Source of the DNA: Camelus ferus
Taxonomy: Eukaryota
Assembly: GCF_009834535.1 (NCBI RefSeq)
Contig: NC_045697.1
Location: 12,836,001 to 12,900,000, forward strand
DNA: 64,000 bases
Direction: 5' to 3'
Shown in pieces: positions 38,111 to 50,658 of this stretch. Below the pieces are notes generated by a model that saw only the letters and a program-made list of their open reading frames with translations, did no database searches and was not told the origin of the DNA. Every line of letters starts with the position of its first letter. Position 1 is the stretch's first letter. A program made the translations under genes and the position numbers.

Positions 38111-41100
38111 AAACTTTCCTGATATTGTACATACAGCATATATTGGGCTTCCTTGAGTGCAGGTGAGCATATGTTATTATCGTGATTTAAAATCACAATC
38201 AGTCAACAATCAGTGGCAAAAAGATTTTAAGAAAAAATACTAGAAAATGAACAAGCAATTTTTGCTCTACAGACTTTTGATTAATGAAGCACTTTTCTCC
38301 TGTTGCTTAGTTCGTCTGGAAATCTGATAATAGTAAATGGTTACTATTTAAAGACAATTTCTGATTGGTACATGAAAAATGGACTGGGTGCATTAGAAAT
38401 ACATGTTGGAAACCATGCCTTGGGTTCCCTGGAATGCAGGTGAGTCTTAGAATTAAGCACATCTTTTTGCAGAAACCCTTGGGCTGTAATAAGAGATTGT
38501 GAAGAATGAGGCTTCTATGACAAGGTGACTCTCATACCTGTCCAGTGTGGATCTTTTTCCTTTACATACCTGATTGCTACCTAGAGGGGACAAAAAGGAT
38601 CGCTCCTGTACAACTCTGAGGACTATGTACCTCTGTGAATATTCTCGCTCAAGAGAAATGTCAAATTCTGCTTTGATGGAAAAATGGACTACCTACCCTA
38701 GATACTTGCAAATGAGTGTGATGACAAATCTGGCTACTGGGTTGACATCAGGTAAACCATTTACAAGCATTTAATAAATTAAAAACCAAACTTTCTTTGC
38801 AACTAAAAATATAATAGCCCTAATCTGAATTTCTAATGGTGTTTTAAAATAATTACTGATGAATTTGATCCCCATCTCACTTTATCGATAATCTGAAGAA
38901 TCAACAGTATTTTCCTTTTCTTGAGCCTTTATTCTAGGCAAAATTGTTGAATAGGTAATATCAATATTTAATGCCATCAATTACAACTTCTCATGAATCT
39001 TCCTTGTACCAATACTCTTCTGCTCATTTCATATATTTTAAAAATACTTTGAGTAAAAAATAATATAGCAACCATTTATAATCAAATGTTTGAGTATTAA
39101 ACCTTATTTCTGATTGTGAAATATTTCCTCCCTCCCTCCCTTCCTTCCTCTTCTTTTACTTCTCTGTCCTTCCCTCCCTTATCCCCTTTTTTCCTTTAAA
39201 TCAAATGGATGAACATGTTAGAGAGATAGTTGAGTGGGAAAGAGAGCCTATTGGAATCTGTAAAATCACAGCTGAACTCAGCATTAGACTTTATACATTC
39301 CATCAAATAATTGAGTGCTTATGTTTATACTAGTCTTCTTACTATGTGTATTTCTTTGGGAGAGATCATAATACTATTAAAATGGTCAAAAATGTTTAAG
39401 AAAGCCTATATTTGTTGGTTGTTGTGGCCTAGGAATGATCTTGGAGAGAAATACCATTTTCTTTTTTATCCTGTGTTTTTAAGTGACATAAGTCAGAGTC
39501 AGAGTTAACAAAAAGATTTAAGTTTGTTTGCCTCAGGACAGCACTCAGAGGATAATCATTAATTCTTTTGCTGTGTTTCTGATTTGAAGCTCAAAGTATT
39601 AATAAACATCAGCCCAAGAAAAAAATAATTTCCTTTTTTTTATTTGAACTTTATTGAAAGGCTTAGAGTTTAAAAGCTATACACCTATAAGAACCTATAG
39701 AGTTTTTATAAGAACTTATAGAGTTTAATATTTCCAAAAGAGATTTGTAGGTGGCCTTCTCTTATCTAAATTTAGATGGCTTGAAACGACAAACATAATG
39801 AATGTACTCATTGATTACAATACAATTATCTTAGGACCCTCATTATGATCTAGAGTATTTGGTTGAAATTACCATCCCCATGTAGATAAATCTGATTTAA
39901 AGTGATTAAATACATGCCTTACCCAACCTATATTCTTCTGAGAATGAACTCAATACTATATCTGGCTTCAGAAGTATATAGAATGGATATTTGGACAAGA
40001 TTACCTCAGTTACCATAGGTTTTTTGAAGTGAAATTATGTTAGCCCTCAAAGAGGAGCAAATCATTGTGTTTTAGGACTGAAAACAGCATGTCTTTTGTT
40101 ACAGAGGTATTTCCCTTTTCCTGACTAAAACATTATCAGAAAGATCTTAGGATGAAAATGTATTGGTTTAAATTTTTGATCATCTAATTCAAATTCCTCT
40201 CTATCTGTATTTTGCATATATGTTTATTTATGTACATACATACAAATATACACATAGAGCAGTATGGTTTTTTAATAATAAACTGTGTGCTTGAAACTTT
40301 GAAATAAAGATAAATGAATCCATGCCCAGCTTTAATATATTGTCAGTAGAGAAAGAAACAAGCTTTCCCAGCCACGTCAATTTGTCACTTTTGTTGACAA
40401 GCTGGGTACAATAAATTTCCATCCAGAGCAAATCACTCAGAAACTCACCTCATCCAGGAAATTTTCACAATTCTTTTATACATAGGCTGCTTGCCATGAC
40501 CTGAAGAAGAGATTTTGAATGAAATTTGCATCTTCAATTGGACCCATTTTTCTGTTGGCTTTCTTTAGGAGAGTTGCAATGAAATAGTAGCAACAGACTG
40601 GGGATAGCTAAGAAAGTATTGTTCCAAGTGCGTTTAAGCCTGAATGGGGTAGGGCAGACTGTCCCCCTTGGAGAAGTAGGAGACTTGTGTACCTGGACAT
40701 CATATACCTAATAATAATGTTCAAAATAAATCATGTGTAAAATTTGATATGTAAATCAAATATTGGAAACCATCACCTGGACTTGCTTTTACTGCCTACC
40801 AGTTTCCTGAGATAAGCATAATGAGCCTGGTTTATGTTATAGCATAATAATAATTGAATACTGAAAATTCTGTATGAACTAGTAAAATGAACTCAACTTC
40901 TATAGGTGTGTGGACTGTCAATCTTAATTGAGGCACATGACTAATATAGTAGATTATGTTTCCAGTTGAGTGTCCTAGTTACTCTACGTCTTTGAGTGTA
41001 TGACTTCTGAACTAAGAATGTAAAGATTAACCAGTGTGCACCACTCTTTTCTACCCATTTCCAAGTTATAAAAGTCTTCCAGAAATTATGGATTTAACAT

Positions 41101-41454
41101 CAGTCAAGGTGTTAAGTGAAGTTTTTGTCTAAGTCTAGAACCCTGGTCTTAATTTTTAAAATTTATAATTTTACACTAAAAAGTACATAAGTTTAAAAAT
41201 TATAATTTCCATGCTACTTTACAAAAATCATCCATTAATTGTTTTCATGAAAATCTTGATCACGACAGGATGTTCATAGGGTCATCATATTAAAAATGAG
41301 CAAAAAAAATGAGCACCTTTCTATCTGTATTTAATCACTCAATTCTACCTACAGAAATCAGATTGACTCAATTGATACTTTCCCCTGGATCTACATTATG
41401 TTGTTTATTTCTAGGGGAAAGTGATTAAATCACAAAATTGTATTTTGTTTTATT

Positions 41455-41880
41455 GAGAGGCAGTAGGGCACAGTGGATAGAACAGGCTTCATAGACAGTG
41501 TTTAAAATCTAAGTTATTCCCTTCTCTTCTGTGTGATTCTGGGCAGAGTTGCTTGAATTCTCTGATCCACAGTTTTTACTTCTAAGTAAAATATCATATC
41601 TACGCTGTTGAGTTCTTTGCAATTTGAAGAATATTTGTCATGTTGTCAGTGTTCAATAGATAGTTTCTATTATTGATTTTGCACAGCATGTTGCATCCAG
41701 AAAGGGCTTAAACACTCTTTTTAGATCAATTTAGTGAAAACAAGGGCTACATGTATGATTATCTTATTCTTATAAAGAATTGGACTCAGAGAAGTGAGAT
41801 TTTCTTGAGTTCACAGCTAGTAAGAACAGAGGTTAGACTTGAGCCTATCTTCTGGTGTTTAAATCTTTCAACAGATATAC
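41455..41880. mobile_element. MIR fragments (plus then minus)
   Basis: 'gagaggcagtagggcacagtggatagaacaggctt...tgtgtgattctgggcag' and 'ggactcagagaagtgag...tcacagctagtaag..cagagg'. Confidence 0.65.
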
Positions 41881-42948
41881 TGTTTTTTCTTAAGGCCCCT
41901 CTCAATCTTAAAGTCTATGATTTCTGGAAGCAGACTGCAAAGACTTTTATCCCCAAAATCTATGGGAGATGAAAAGACTTTGTAATACTGGTTACCCTGG
42001 TCTTCTTGCATTTACAGTACAATCTTATGTGAAATATCTGAGTTACATTTATATATTGCATTATTTCTAAATCTAAGTACAAGAATGCATGTTGAGATTA
42101 AAAAAAATACACATTCCATGGATCTATGTGTATGTATGTTTGTGTGTGTATGTTTAAAAATGCCAACTAATAATAATATTATCATGTCATTATCATTTTA
42201 TGATACAGTTCATTTAAATCTTTAGTGAGCATAGCAGTTTGTGTACACCAAAAGAGAAGCACCCTTTTGGTAACATTTCCAATATGTAGTTTTTCTCTTG
42301 ACCTTTGAATCTCAAATTCATCTGGGTAATTTATTTCAATGTCATTAAACATAGTACTCTCCTGGAAATCAGAGCTTTTTCAGCTCAATCACAGTATCCA
42401 GTTTTGGTTTCAAGATTACTATAGATATATTTTAAATATGCATGACTGATAATAGCCATTTGTCCTTCCAAACACTTGTAAGTATCCCAGAGCCAGCTAA
42501 GCCATTTTCCCTCAAAAGGAAAAAAATCTTAATAAAATCACTACCAAATAGTTATATAATATCTAAATTTCCTATATGAAATCCATATATGTTATTTTAG
42601 CAACTAATATGATATATTAAATTGTATAAACAGCCTAGACCTTGGGTGAAAACTCCTTTTATAAACAAAGGAAATTTTGAAGTGATAATAATATGAATCA
42701 TATTGAAAGGCTGACATTTCAGGTGTTAGTATTTACTTTTTTATTTTGAATTTATTATTTCCATTGTTAAATTCTTAAATGTTTTTGTACTTTATCTTGC
42801 TGAATAATTGTAATCAGTAATTTTCTTTATGTACTAAAGATTGTGTCATAGTTCTCATATTTCTACATAAACAACTGAAAATCTGGCAAATGTGTGATCT
42901 TTGAACCTTGTCTGAATGACTCATGGAATCTACATGTTCAGCTCTCCT

Positions 42949-43422
42949 TGTGGTAGGCTGAATAACAGTCCTCCAAAGATATATACCTCCTAGTTCCATG
43001 AACCTGCGTTATCTCATATAGCAAAAGGGACCTTGCAGTTGAAAGTTCAGAATTTTAAGGTACGGTGATTATCCTGGATTATCTGAGTGTGTCCAGTGTA
43101 GTCACAAGTATCCTTATTAGAGGGAGGCAGAGGGATATTTGACCAAAGAGGAAGATGAGAGTATGATGGGATCAGAAAAGACAGTGATGCCTTTTAAGAT
43201 GAAGGAAGGAGTCATAAGTCAAGAAATGCAGGCAGCCTCTAGAAGCTGGAAAGAAACAAGAAAACAGATCTGATCTTCCTCTGAAGCCTTTAGAAGGAAC
43301 ACAGCCCTGTCAACACCTTGATTTCAGACTTCTGACCTCCAGAACTATGAGAATATATTTGTATCGTTTTAAGCCAATACATTTATGGTAATATGTAATG
43401 GTGTCAATATGAAACTAAGACA
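42949..43422 (+). mobile_element. MaLR solo LTR, MLT1C/D-like
   Basis: Starts 'tgtggtaggctgaataa..cctccaaagat', contains 'gcagcctctagaagctggaaa' and 'cagacttctgacctccagaact', ends 'gaaactaagaca'. Confidence 0.9.
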
Positions 43423-45334
43423 TCACTATGATGAATAGCTGTAATTTATTATTTAAATTCCTTTCCCCCTTAAATAAGTGTTAGTTGAAGAAATGATGAG
43501 TCTGGAATTTGACAATTTTCAAAGCAGGCAACTAGGGAATTTGAACCTTTTAAGAGCTGTGATGGCTTTAATCTGTAGGAACATGCTAAGGAGAAAGCTG
43601 GAGGAGTTGGAGTGAGAACACCCTACAGAACTGGTGGTTCCTTAGAATGGAACTGTCTTAACAAATGACGTGGTGATTGACTCTTTCTGCAAAAGTTACT
43701 GATCTCTTCAGCTGCTATTAATAAATGATACTGGCAATGATACTGGGTCATTTTTTCATGTCTGTCCCAATCTTAACATTCTCCACATCTTAGATCTTTT
43801 CACTCATTCATGAACGCTGCCTAATGCACCAGAACACTGAGTTAAGTGGCTATCTGGCTCTCTATATAAGCATTTAAAAGAGTCATCGGGAAGGAAAAAA
43901 ACAGATTATAGAAGAAAGAAAGGCCTTTTGTAAATTGCTTTCCAAGAGCTAGGCACCATTCCAGGAAAATGAAGGGCACTTTTCAATGGACTTTAACCTC
44001 CCATTGGTGGTATTTAAAGTCCTTCTTTGGGACATTATATAAGCCAATGGTGAATATTTTGCCAGAAATTTTCCATTAAAATTATAATCACTTAATGCTT
44101 TGAGGTTAGCCAAGGAGATTATATTATATAGAAAATGATCTTAAAATTTGTATTGTAAGTTAATTACTATTACATGAACAAGCCTGTGAAATATTTCTCC
44201 TTCTGGGAATCATCCAACAATATATATGTATTTTTCCAGATATTTGTGCCAAAATATCAAGAATTCCCATTAAGGAAAAAAAAAAAGTACTTCTTTTAAG
44301 AGGAAAACCTATGTTTTCAATACTATGATTCTGCAGAAAAAATAAATATTCCTAACAGGTAAAAAGTGATAGAAATTTAAACATGAGAATCTAAACATCC
44401 CATATTCCTTGCCTATCAGGAGCATTTAAAATTCAAGAAAAGGAAACATGAAAGAAATGGTAAATAGTGTACGACAAAGTAAGATATAAAGAGAAAAATG
44501 CAAAATATATGATTATACCACACTCAATAACTTGTCCATGTGGAATCAGATAAGTTTATCTATAGGTTAAGTTATATTCTGTGATCACTCTACTCACCTT
44601 ATTCTTTCTCTAATGTTAGTTTGCATGAAATCAGGTTTAGAAAAAAAGAAAGCAAGCAAGCTTGCATATTTACTATTTGCCATGCATATATATGTAATAT
44701 CTATCTCTTTTATACCATTTGGGTTAATCTCATTTCGTAAACGGCAGGAAAACAGAAGCCCTGAGTTACACCTTACTTAGGGTTTCACAGGTAGCACATG
44801 ACAGAGGAAATAAAAATTTAAGTCTTTTGATGTAAAAATTACATTCTTTCCTTAGATAGGGGGCATTTCTGAAAAATGAGTGTCACAAGGGGGAAGGGAA
44901 TTCAGCTGAAATTTTTCTTGATGGAGTTGATGCATTTCAGGGTTTGCTGAATTATTGTATGAGTCTTTGTTCTTTGTATTTTTATGTATATGCATGTCTG
45001 TAACAACTGGTATCTATCTGCATCTGTCAATGGAGAGATTCATACACCAAAACTTCTTTTTTACAATCTCCTGGAATGATTTTGCAAAAAAGTAATTAAA
45101 ATGGATCTCTGGATCCAATGAAGATGGATCTATAACCATACTGACAGTCTGACATTTATAGAAACATAGAGCTGATAAGTAAATTACATGTACATTATTT
45201 TTGCTAGTTGCTATCTGATCTTATCTGGTAGAAAAGTCATGTAATCATCATTTCATAATGGCCAGATATTTTCATTGACCTGTAGAGACAGCATAGTGTA
45301 CTGAACATTTAGAAATGATGTTAGGAAACATTTA

Positions 45335-45560
45335 AAAAGTGCCACATGCCTGATAAATTTCTGATTTTTTTTTGACACATGCCAACATATTCTTTACAAT
45401 TACTTCATGAAGTAGGTACTGTTGTGGTCGCCACTGTACAGACTGAGGAAATGAGGCACACAGAGGTAAAGTAACTTGTACAGAGTTGCTCAGATAATAA
45501 GAGGCACAATTAGGATTCAAATCCAGGTGTCCTGGTTCCAGATCCCAAATGTGCTTAAAC
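45335..45560 (-). mobile_element. MIR SINE
   Basis: 'acagactgaggaaatgaggcacacagaggtaaagtaacttg...ggattcaaatccagg'. Confidence 0.85.
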
Positions 45561-45596
45561 ATTTAATTTCTAATAGGAGTTGAATAGATGTCTTAA

Positions 45597-46010
45597 GATA
45601 TTCTAAGTGAAGTAATCCAGAAAGAGAAAGAAAAATACCATATGATATCACTTACATGTGGAATCTTAAAAAAAAAAAAAAAAAAGACAAACTTATTTAC
45701 AAAACAGAAACAGACTCACAGATATACAAAACAAACTTATTGTTACCAGGTGGGGGAGGGGGTTGGAAGGGATAAACTGGGAGTTCAAGATTTGCAAATA
45801 CTAACTACAGCATATAAAATAGATAAACAGCAAGCTTATACTGTATTGCACAGGGAACTATATTCTATATCTTGTAGCAACTTATGGTTAAAAAGAACAT
45901 GAAAATGAATATATGTATGTTCCTATATGACTGAAGTATTGTGCAGTACACCAGAAATTGACACAACACTGTAAACTGACTCTAGTTCAATAAAAATATA
46001 TATTAAAACT
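45597..46010 (+). mobile_element. 5'-truncated young L1 3'UTR
   Basis: Nearly collinear with 52528-52900; ends 'gtaaactgactctagttcaataaaaa'. Confidence 0.9.
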
Positions 46011-46019
46011 AAAGGGAAA

Positions 46020-46600
46020 ATAAGTGGAGGAACAGAAAAATGAAATTCCCTAGAGCTAGATTATGATGTGACTCATCAGTACGGGAGTCAACAAAGCACT
46101 GAGCAGGATGAATGGAAAATGCCCACTTAGGCTCGTCCCTCATGAAGTTTCAGAACATAAAAGAAATTTTTAAAAAAGATTCCAAAAATTTACAAAAACA
46201 AAACAACAAGCTGGTTACTTACCAATAAATGAGAATTAAAATGGCATCTGACTTCTCATCAGCAAAACTGAGTATGACAGTGGAGGGGAAAAGTTATTAT
46301 AAGTTCCAAAGGAAAAGGCTATTTTCTGCCAAAATATCAAGGGCAAGTGCAGGCCAGACACATATTTGGATAGACAGGGACTCAGAGTTTACCACTCACA
46401 TCCTACAGTGATTTTCTAGAACGCACTCCAACAAATTTAAGATGAAAGACAGGAAAAAGGAGGATGTGGGATTCAAAAGCCATCATGTCAAACTTGTGTA
46501 AAATTAAAAAACCCAGCTGTTGACTGTGCAGTTGGCTTAGAAACCAAATGAACTAAAGCAGAACAGGAAGTTAAGAAGTTTTAAGAAGGAAGACATTAAA
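46020..46600 (+). mobile_element. HAL1/old L1M ORF1 relic
   Basis: The ORF at 46229 (RIKMASDFSSAKL) resembles the L1 ORF1p IRLTADFS motif; upstream 'catgaagtttcagaaca'. Confidence 0.6.
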
Positions 46601-46660
46601 GAAAAAAACATTGATTCAATGTAACAGATAAAATAATGTAGAAGTTAGATAACCTTGGTA

Positions 46661-46760
46661 CAGTTTTTCTTAGTCTTGGCACTGTTGATATTTTGAGTAA
46701 GATCAGTTTTTGGTGGGGGGAGGCTGTTTTATGAATTGTAGGATGTTTAGCAGCAACTGG
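46661..46760 (-). mobile_element. MER20 fragment
   Basis: 'ggcactgttgatattttg...ggctgttttatgaattgtaggatgtttagcagca', the reverse-complement homolog of ~7330-7421. Confidence 0.7.
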
Positions 46761-47488
46761 AAAAATGATGAAATGCCATCCTTCTTGTGTAGTATGTGTT
46801 CAATAAATGTTTATTAACTAAACTAAGTTTACAGAGATTAAAAAGAATAAATGTCAAAAACATGGAAAAAGTAATCATGAATAAAATATAGAAGAACATG
46901 AGGCATTATATTAGTTTACATAGTGAAAAATCAAGAAATAATGTCTTAAGTTGATAGGTTATAAAACAAAACTTAAGTAAGTATGCAACTCTATACATAT
47001 AATGAACAGGGAAGATGAAAATAAAACTTGGCATATTTTGAGAAGAATGGAGAATATGAAAACTACAACAGAAGGTAATTGAATTGTAACCATCATCTTT
47101 TATATTAGGAATACATTATTATGAGAAGTTGAAAATCAAGAATAGATATAAGAACACTTCATGCAAGGTTTTGGAGATAATCTCTAAGATGATTAAAAAA
47201 CAAATTAAAAAAAGATACAAAAATTCCAAGATGATTGAAAAAACAGATAAAAACAAAATGATACAAAAATACAAATAAACAAAACAAAACATATTATTGA
47301 GAGAAGAGTCAGCAGTTGGGGAAGTCAGTTCATTTGTGTCTTTTACTCTCTCTATTTAATTTATGTTTTAATTGACTACTTTAAAAGAAAAATTATAAAT
47401 TTAATGGGAGAGCTTTGGGAAAAATAACAGAATGATCTTGCCATACAATGGACTAGTTGCTTCATATGAAACCTAATATCCTCTTTAG

Positions 47489-47547
47489 GATTATTGAATG
47501 GACAAGAAATTGCTAAATGATTATTGAATGGACAAGAAATTGCTAAA
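47489..47547. repeat. 30-bp tandem duplication
   Basis: gattattgaatggacaagaaattgctaaa occurs identically at 47489 and 47519. Confidence 0.97.
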
Positions 47548-47639
47548 GGATGTAAGACATCCTTACAGAAAATTCCAGACTCAGGAATGATGCAATAAAA
47601 TTTACATTTTAGATTTACCACTTTCATGGCTGAATAAAT

Positions 47640-48060
47640 AATGAGTCAAAGAGGTAATAAAGATAAGAATTCAATTAGGAGGTTATTTTCAATTAGGAGA
47701 CAAGAAGCAATGATGACTTGGACCCAGGAGCAGCTGGGGTTTGGAATGAGGACTAACAGACTGACAGGAAACTTGGGAAACAGGACGAGTAGGAGCTGGG
47801 GACAAAATATCATATGAGATGAAGAAAAAGAGAATGTCTAGGATGACCTCAGTGGTGTTCCACTGGAAGGTTCAATGAATGGTGGTGTCACTACAGCAAG
47901 TAACCTAGGAGAAGAAAGAGTTTTATTTTGGAGAATGGGAAAACAAATTTAATTTTAAAAGATGTTGACCATGAGAATTTGTTCATTCATGAAGATGTTG
48001 CAGATACAGGGCTGAGGACTCAGAGGAGTCAATGGAAATAAAGATTTGTTAAAATCTTCA
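47640..48060 (-). mobile_element. L2 fragment
   Basis: 'aattaggaggttattttc...gcaatgatgacttggacccagg...gtctaggatgacctc...ggtggtgtcacta'. Confidence 0.65.
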
Positions 48061-50658
48061 GTCTAGTGCTAGTGTCTTCAAGATAATATGATCAGTATGG
48101 GAACTAGTATCCTAGTCAGGACTCTCGCACCTAGCGGTGTGAGCTTGGAGAAATTATGTCTTTTCCACACCAATAAGATGGAACAAAAGTAGGATAAGAT
48201 GATATTAAAGATACCTTGAGACTTGGGGTTTTTGTCAAATCTGCTTATTGAATTAGTCTAATATTGATAGTTAGATTTGTAATGACAAGGTTATTTTACT
48301 AGGCATGGAAAGATTGAGCTGTAGTTTATGTTTCAGAGCACTGTTCTTTCTGATCAGCTTCCTGCTATATTTGATATTTTCCAAGAACTTGGGGAAAAGT
48401 GAATACTCTACTGAGGCAAGACTTTTCACAGCTGCATAATGCCACTCATCTTTTGTTTTATTATTGTGCTCGTGGATTACAGCTCATGTGGTGATGCTTA
48501 ATTCCTGATTTTAAGCACAGAATTTCACTTATTTATTGTTAACCCCTTTTTAATAATCATAATTTTGTTAATTAAAAAATATCTGCAGGGAAGCTGATTG
48601 AGTTGGGAAAGGGATGTGATCCAGGATTCTGGGGAATCTTTGAAAGATAATGCTTATGTTTTTGGATAGAGAAGTGGAATTTTGGCCTGAATGAATTTTT
48701 GTGGTCCAGATTGATGAGCTCTTGTTCAGTTTATATTTCTTGATTTTTAGCCTGATTGTCCAAAACAGTTTATTTTCTTCCTTGTTCTTCCCCTGTGGCT
48801 TTTTGTTCTAGAATGGAAACATGTCTTCTCTAAGCATTTGGGAAATAGGTCAATATGAAACTCCGTTATCAAATCCTATGCACAGCATTTTCCTGGGAAA
48901 AACGCCAAAATTGACCACTTATGCTAGATAGGAAAACCTCAGCTGGCTTTCCAAATCTAAGCACCATGATTTTCCCAAAAAAGTTCTTTGAAACTTAAGA
49001 TACAGGGTGCTTGCATATTTTGGTTCACAGTACTCAAGCTGAAATTTGATTCCCCTTGTTTTTCATTAAGGACCAGGAGAAGAATAAACATAGCTTTTCC
49101 TAGAATTCAGCATAATCTGCTCCCAGCTGTCTTCTGTGAATCTAAAAGCATTTCAAATGATTAAAAAAGTAACCTTGGATCTGTAATTCAGCCACAGTGC
49201 TCATAATCACAGCACAGCTGACTGAAATCACATGTGTTATCTCCTAGATAAATGATCCTCTACTGTGAGTAGGGAGGAGAGTATTAGATTTAGGAAACTG
49301 AATATTAAAAAGGAGCAAATTCCAGGTTCTGTTTTAAAGCTTACGTTTTTGAAAAATACTTTCTGCTTAATGCTTATTGGCTTGTGTAGAGAGTGGCATG
49401 AGTTAAAGTAGTTTAAGGATTTGTTCTTTGAATTGATAGTCTTGTTTTTTAGTAACACAATTTAATACTTTGGTCCATGTTAGAATCCATGTTATTAGTA
49501 CCATAGATTAGTTGAAAATTAAATACTGCTTTTATCACTCATTATTAATATCAAGTTTTTAAACTTTACATAACATAAAAACTGATCAACTAGGGAGAGG
49601 GATGGGGTTAGTTCATTCTATTTACCACAAATTACACGTGATTCCATCTTCTTAGGTGCACCACGAAAGTTATTTTAATGAAATCTTGGAAATCCAAAAA
49701 GGAAAGAATCTAATAGACTATTCAGCCTTGTGTTAGATAAACATGAGAATAAGCCCCAGAACCTTGGGCAGTAAAAATATTCAATTTTTGATCTGGATTC
49801 ACTTATACTTCACAATCATCAGGTATTTTTAAAAAGCAGTTTAGCAAGAGTAACCATCTCTTGAACACAATAGTGTGTACTACTAAAATATGTAAAAATA
49901 CAGTAAAACTTGGATTTGTTGCTCTAAATAAATCTTAAACACAAACAGCATTTGAAAATTATTTTTCTAAAGGACATATTTCCTTTAAAATTTAATTAAA
50001 ATTTTATGTGGGTAATAGTTACAAATATAAATATTCTTTTGCATTGCAGTTGATGGAGTACTTATTTGAATAGCCCAGAACCTCTTTACAAAAACAGCTA
50101 TAACCACTAAGATAACATATCAGAAATATCACAGGCAGCATCTACAATAAAGTTATATGAAAAAAAATATTCCTATGTGTGGGATCAAACCAAAAACAGC
50201 AGTAAGAACGATATAGTTTCAAAGGTTCTGCAAGAGAATGCAGAAACAGTGAATAAATAATCTTCATGTGGCTCAGAGAGCTAAAGAATCCAGAAATTGC
50301 TCCATTTGTTGTAGAAAGCTTGATGAGCAAATCTTGAACAACTCAGCTAGGAGGGTGTCTACAGAGGCTTAACTTTGTAAGGAAGTTAATGGTGACCATG
50401 TTGAATTTCGGACAATGTTGAGGTATGAATCCTTGCAGTTAAGGCAATAGGACTCACTTTGGGAATAAAGCACTGGAAACAGAAAGGACACATCTCAGAA
50501 AATACAAGGCCATGCGTTTTGAGACTTATATGTTAACAATAGAGAGCATTACTGTTGAGTCATGTGATTTGATAATATTTTAGCCTACTCTTTCCTTCTG
50601 AGAATCCACGAAAACCTAGTTCATTTAGAAATCCTCAGCTGAAATATACTGCAACCAC

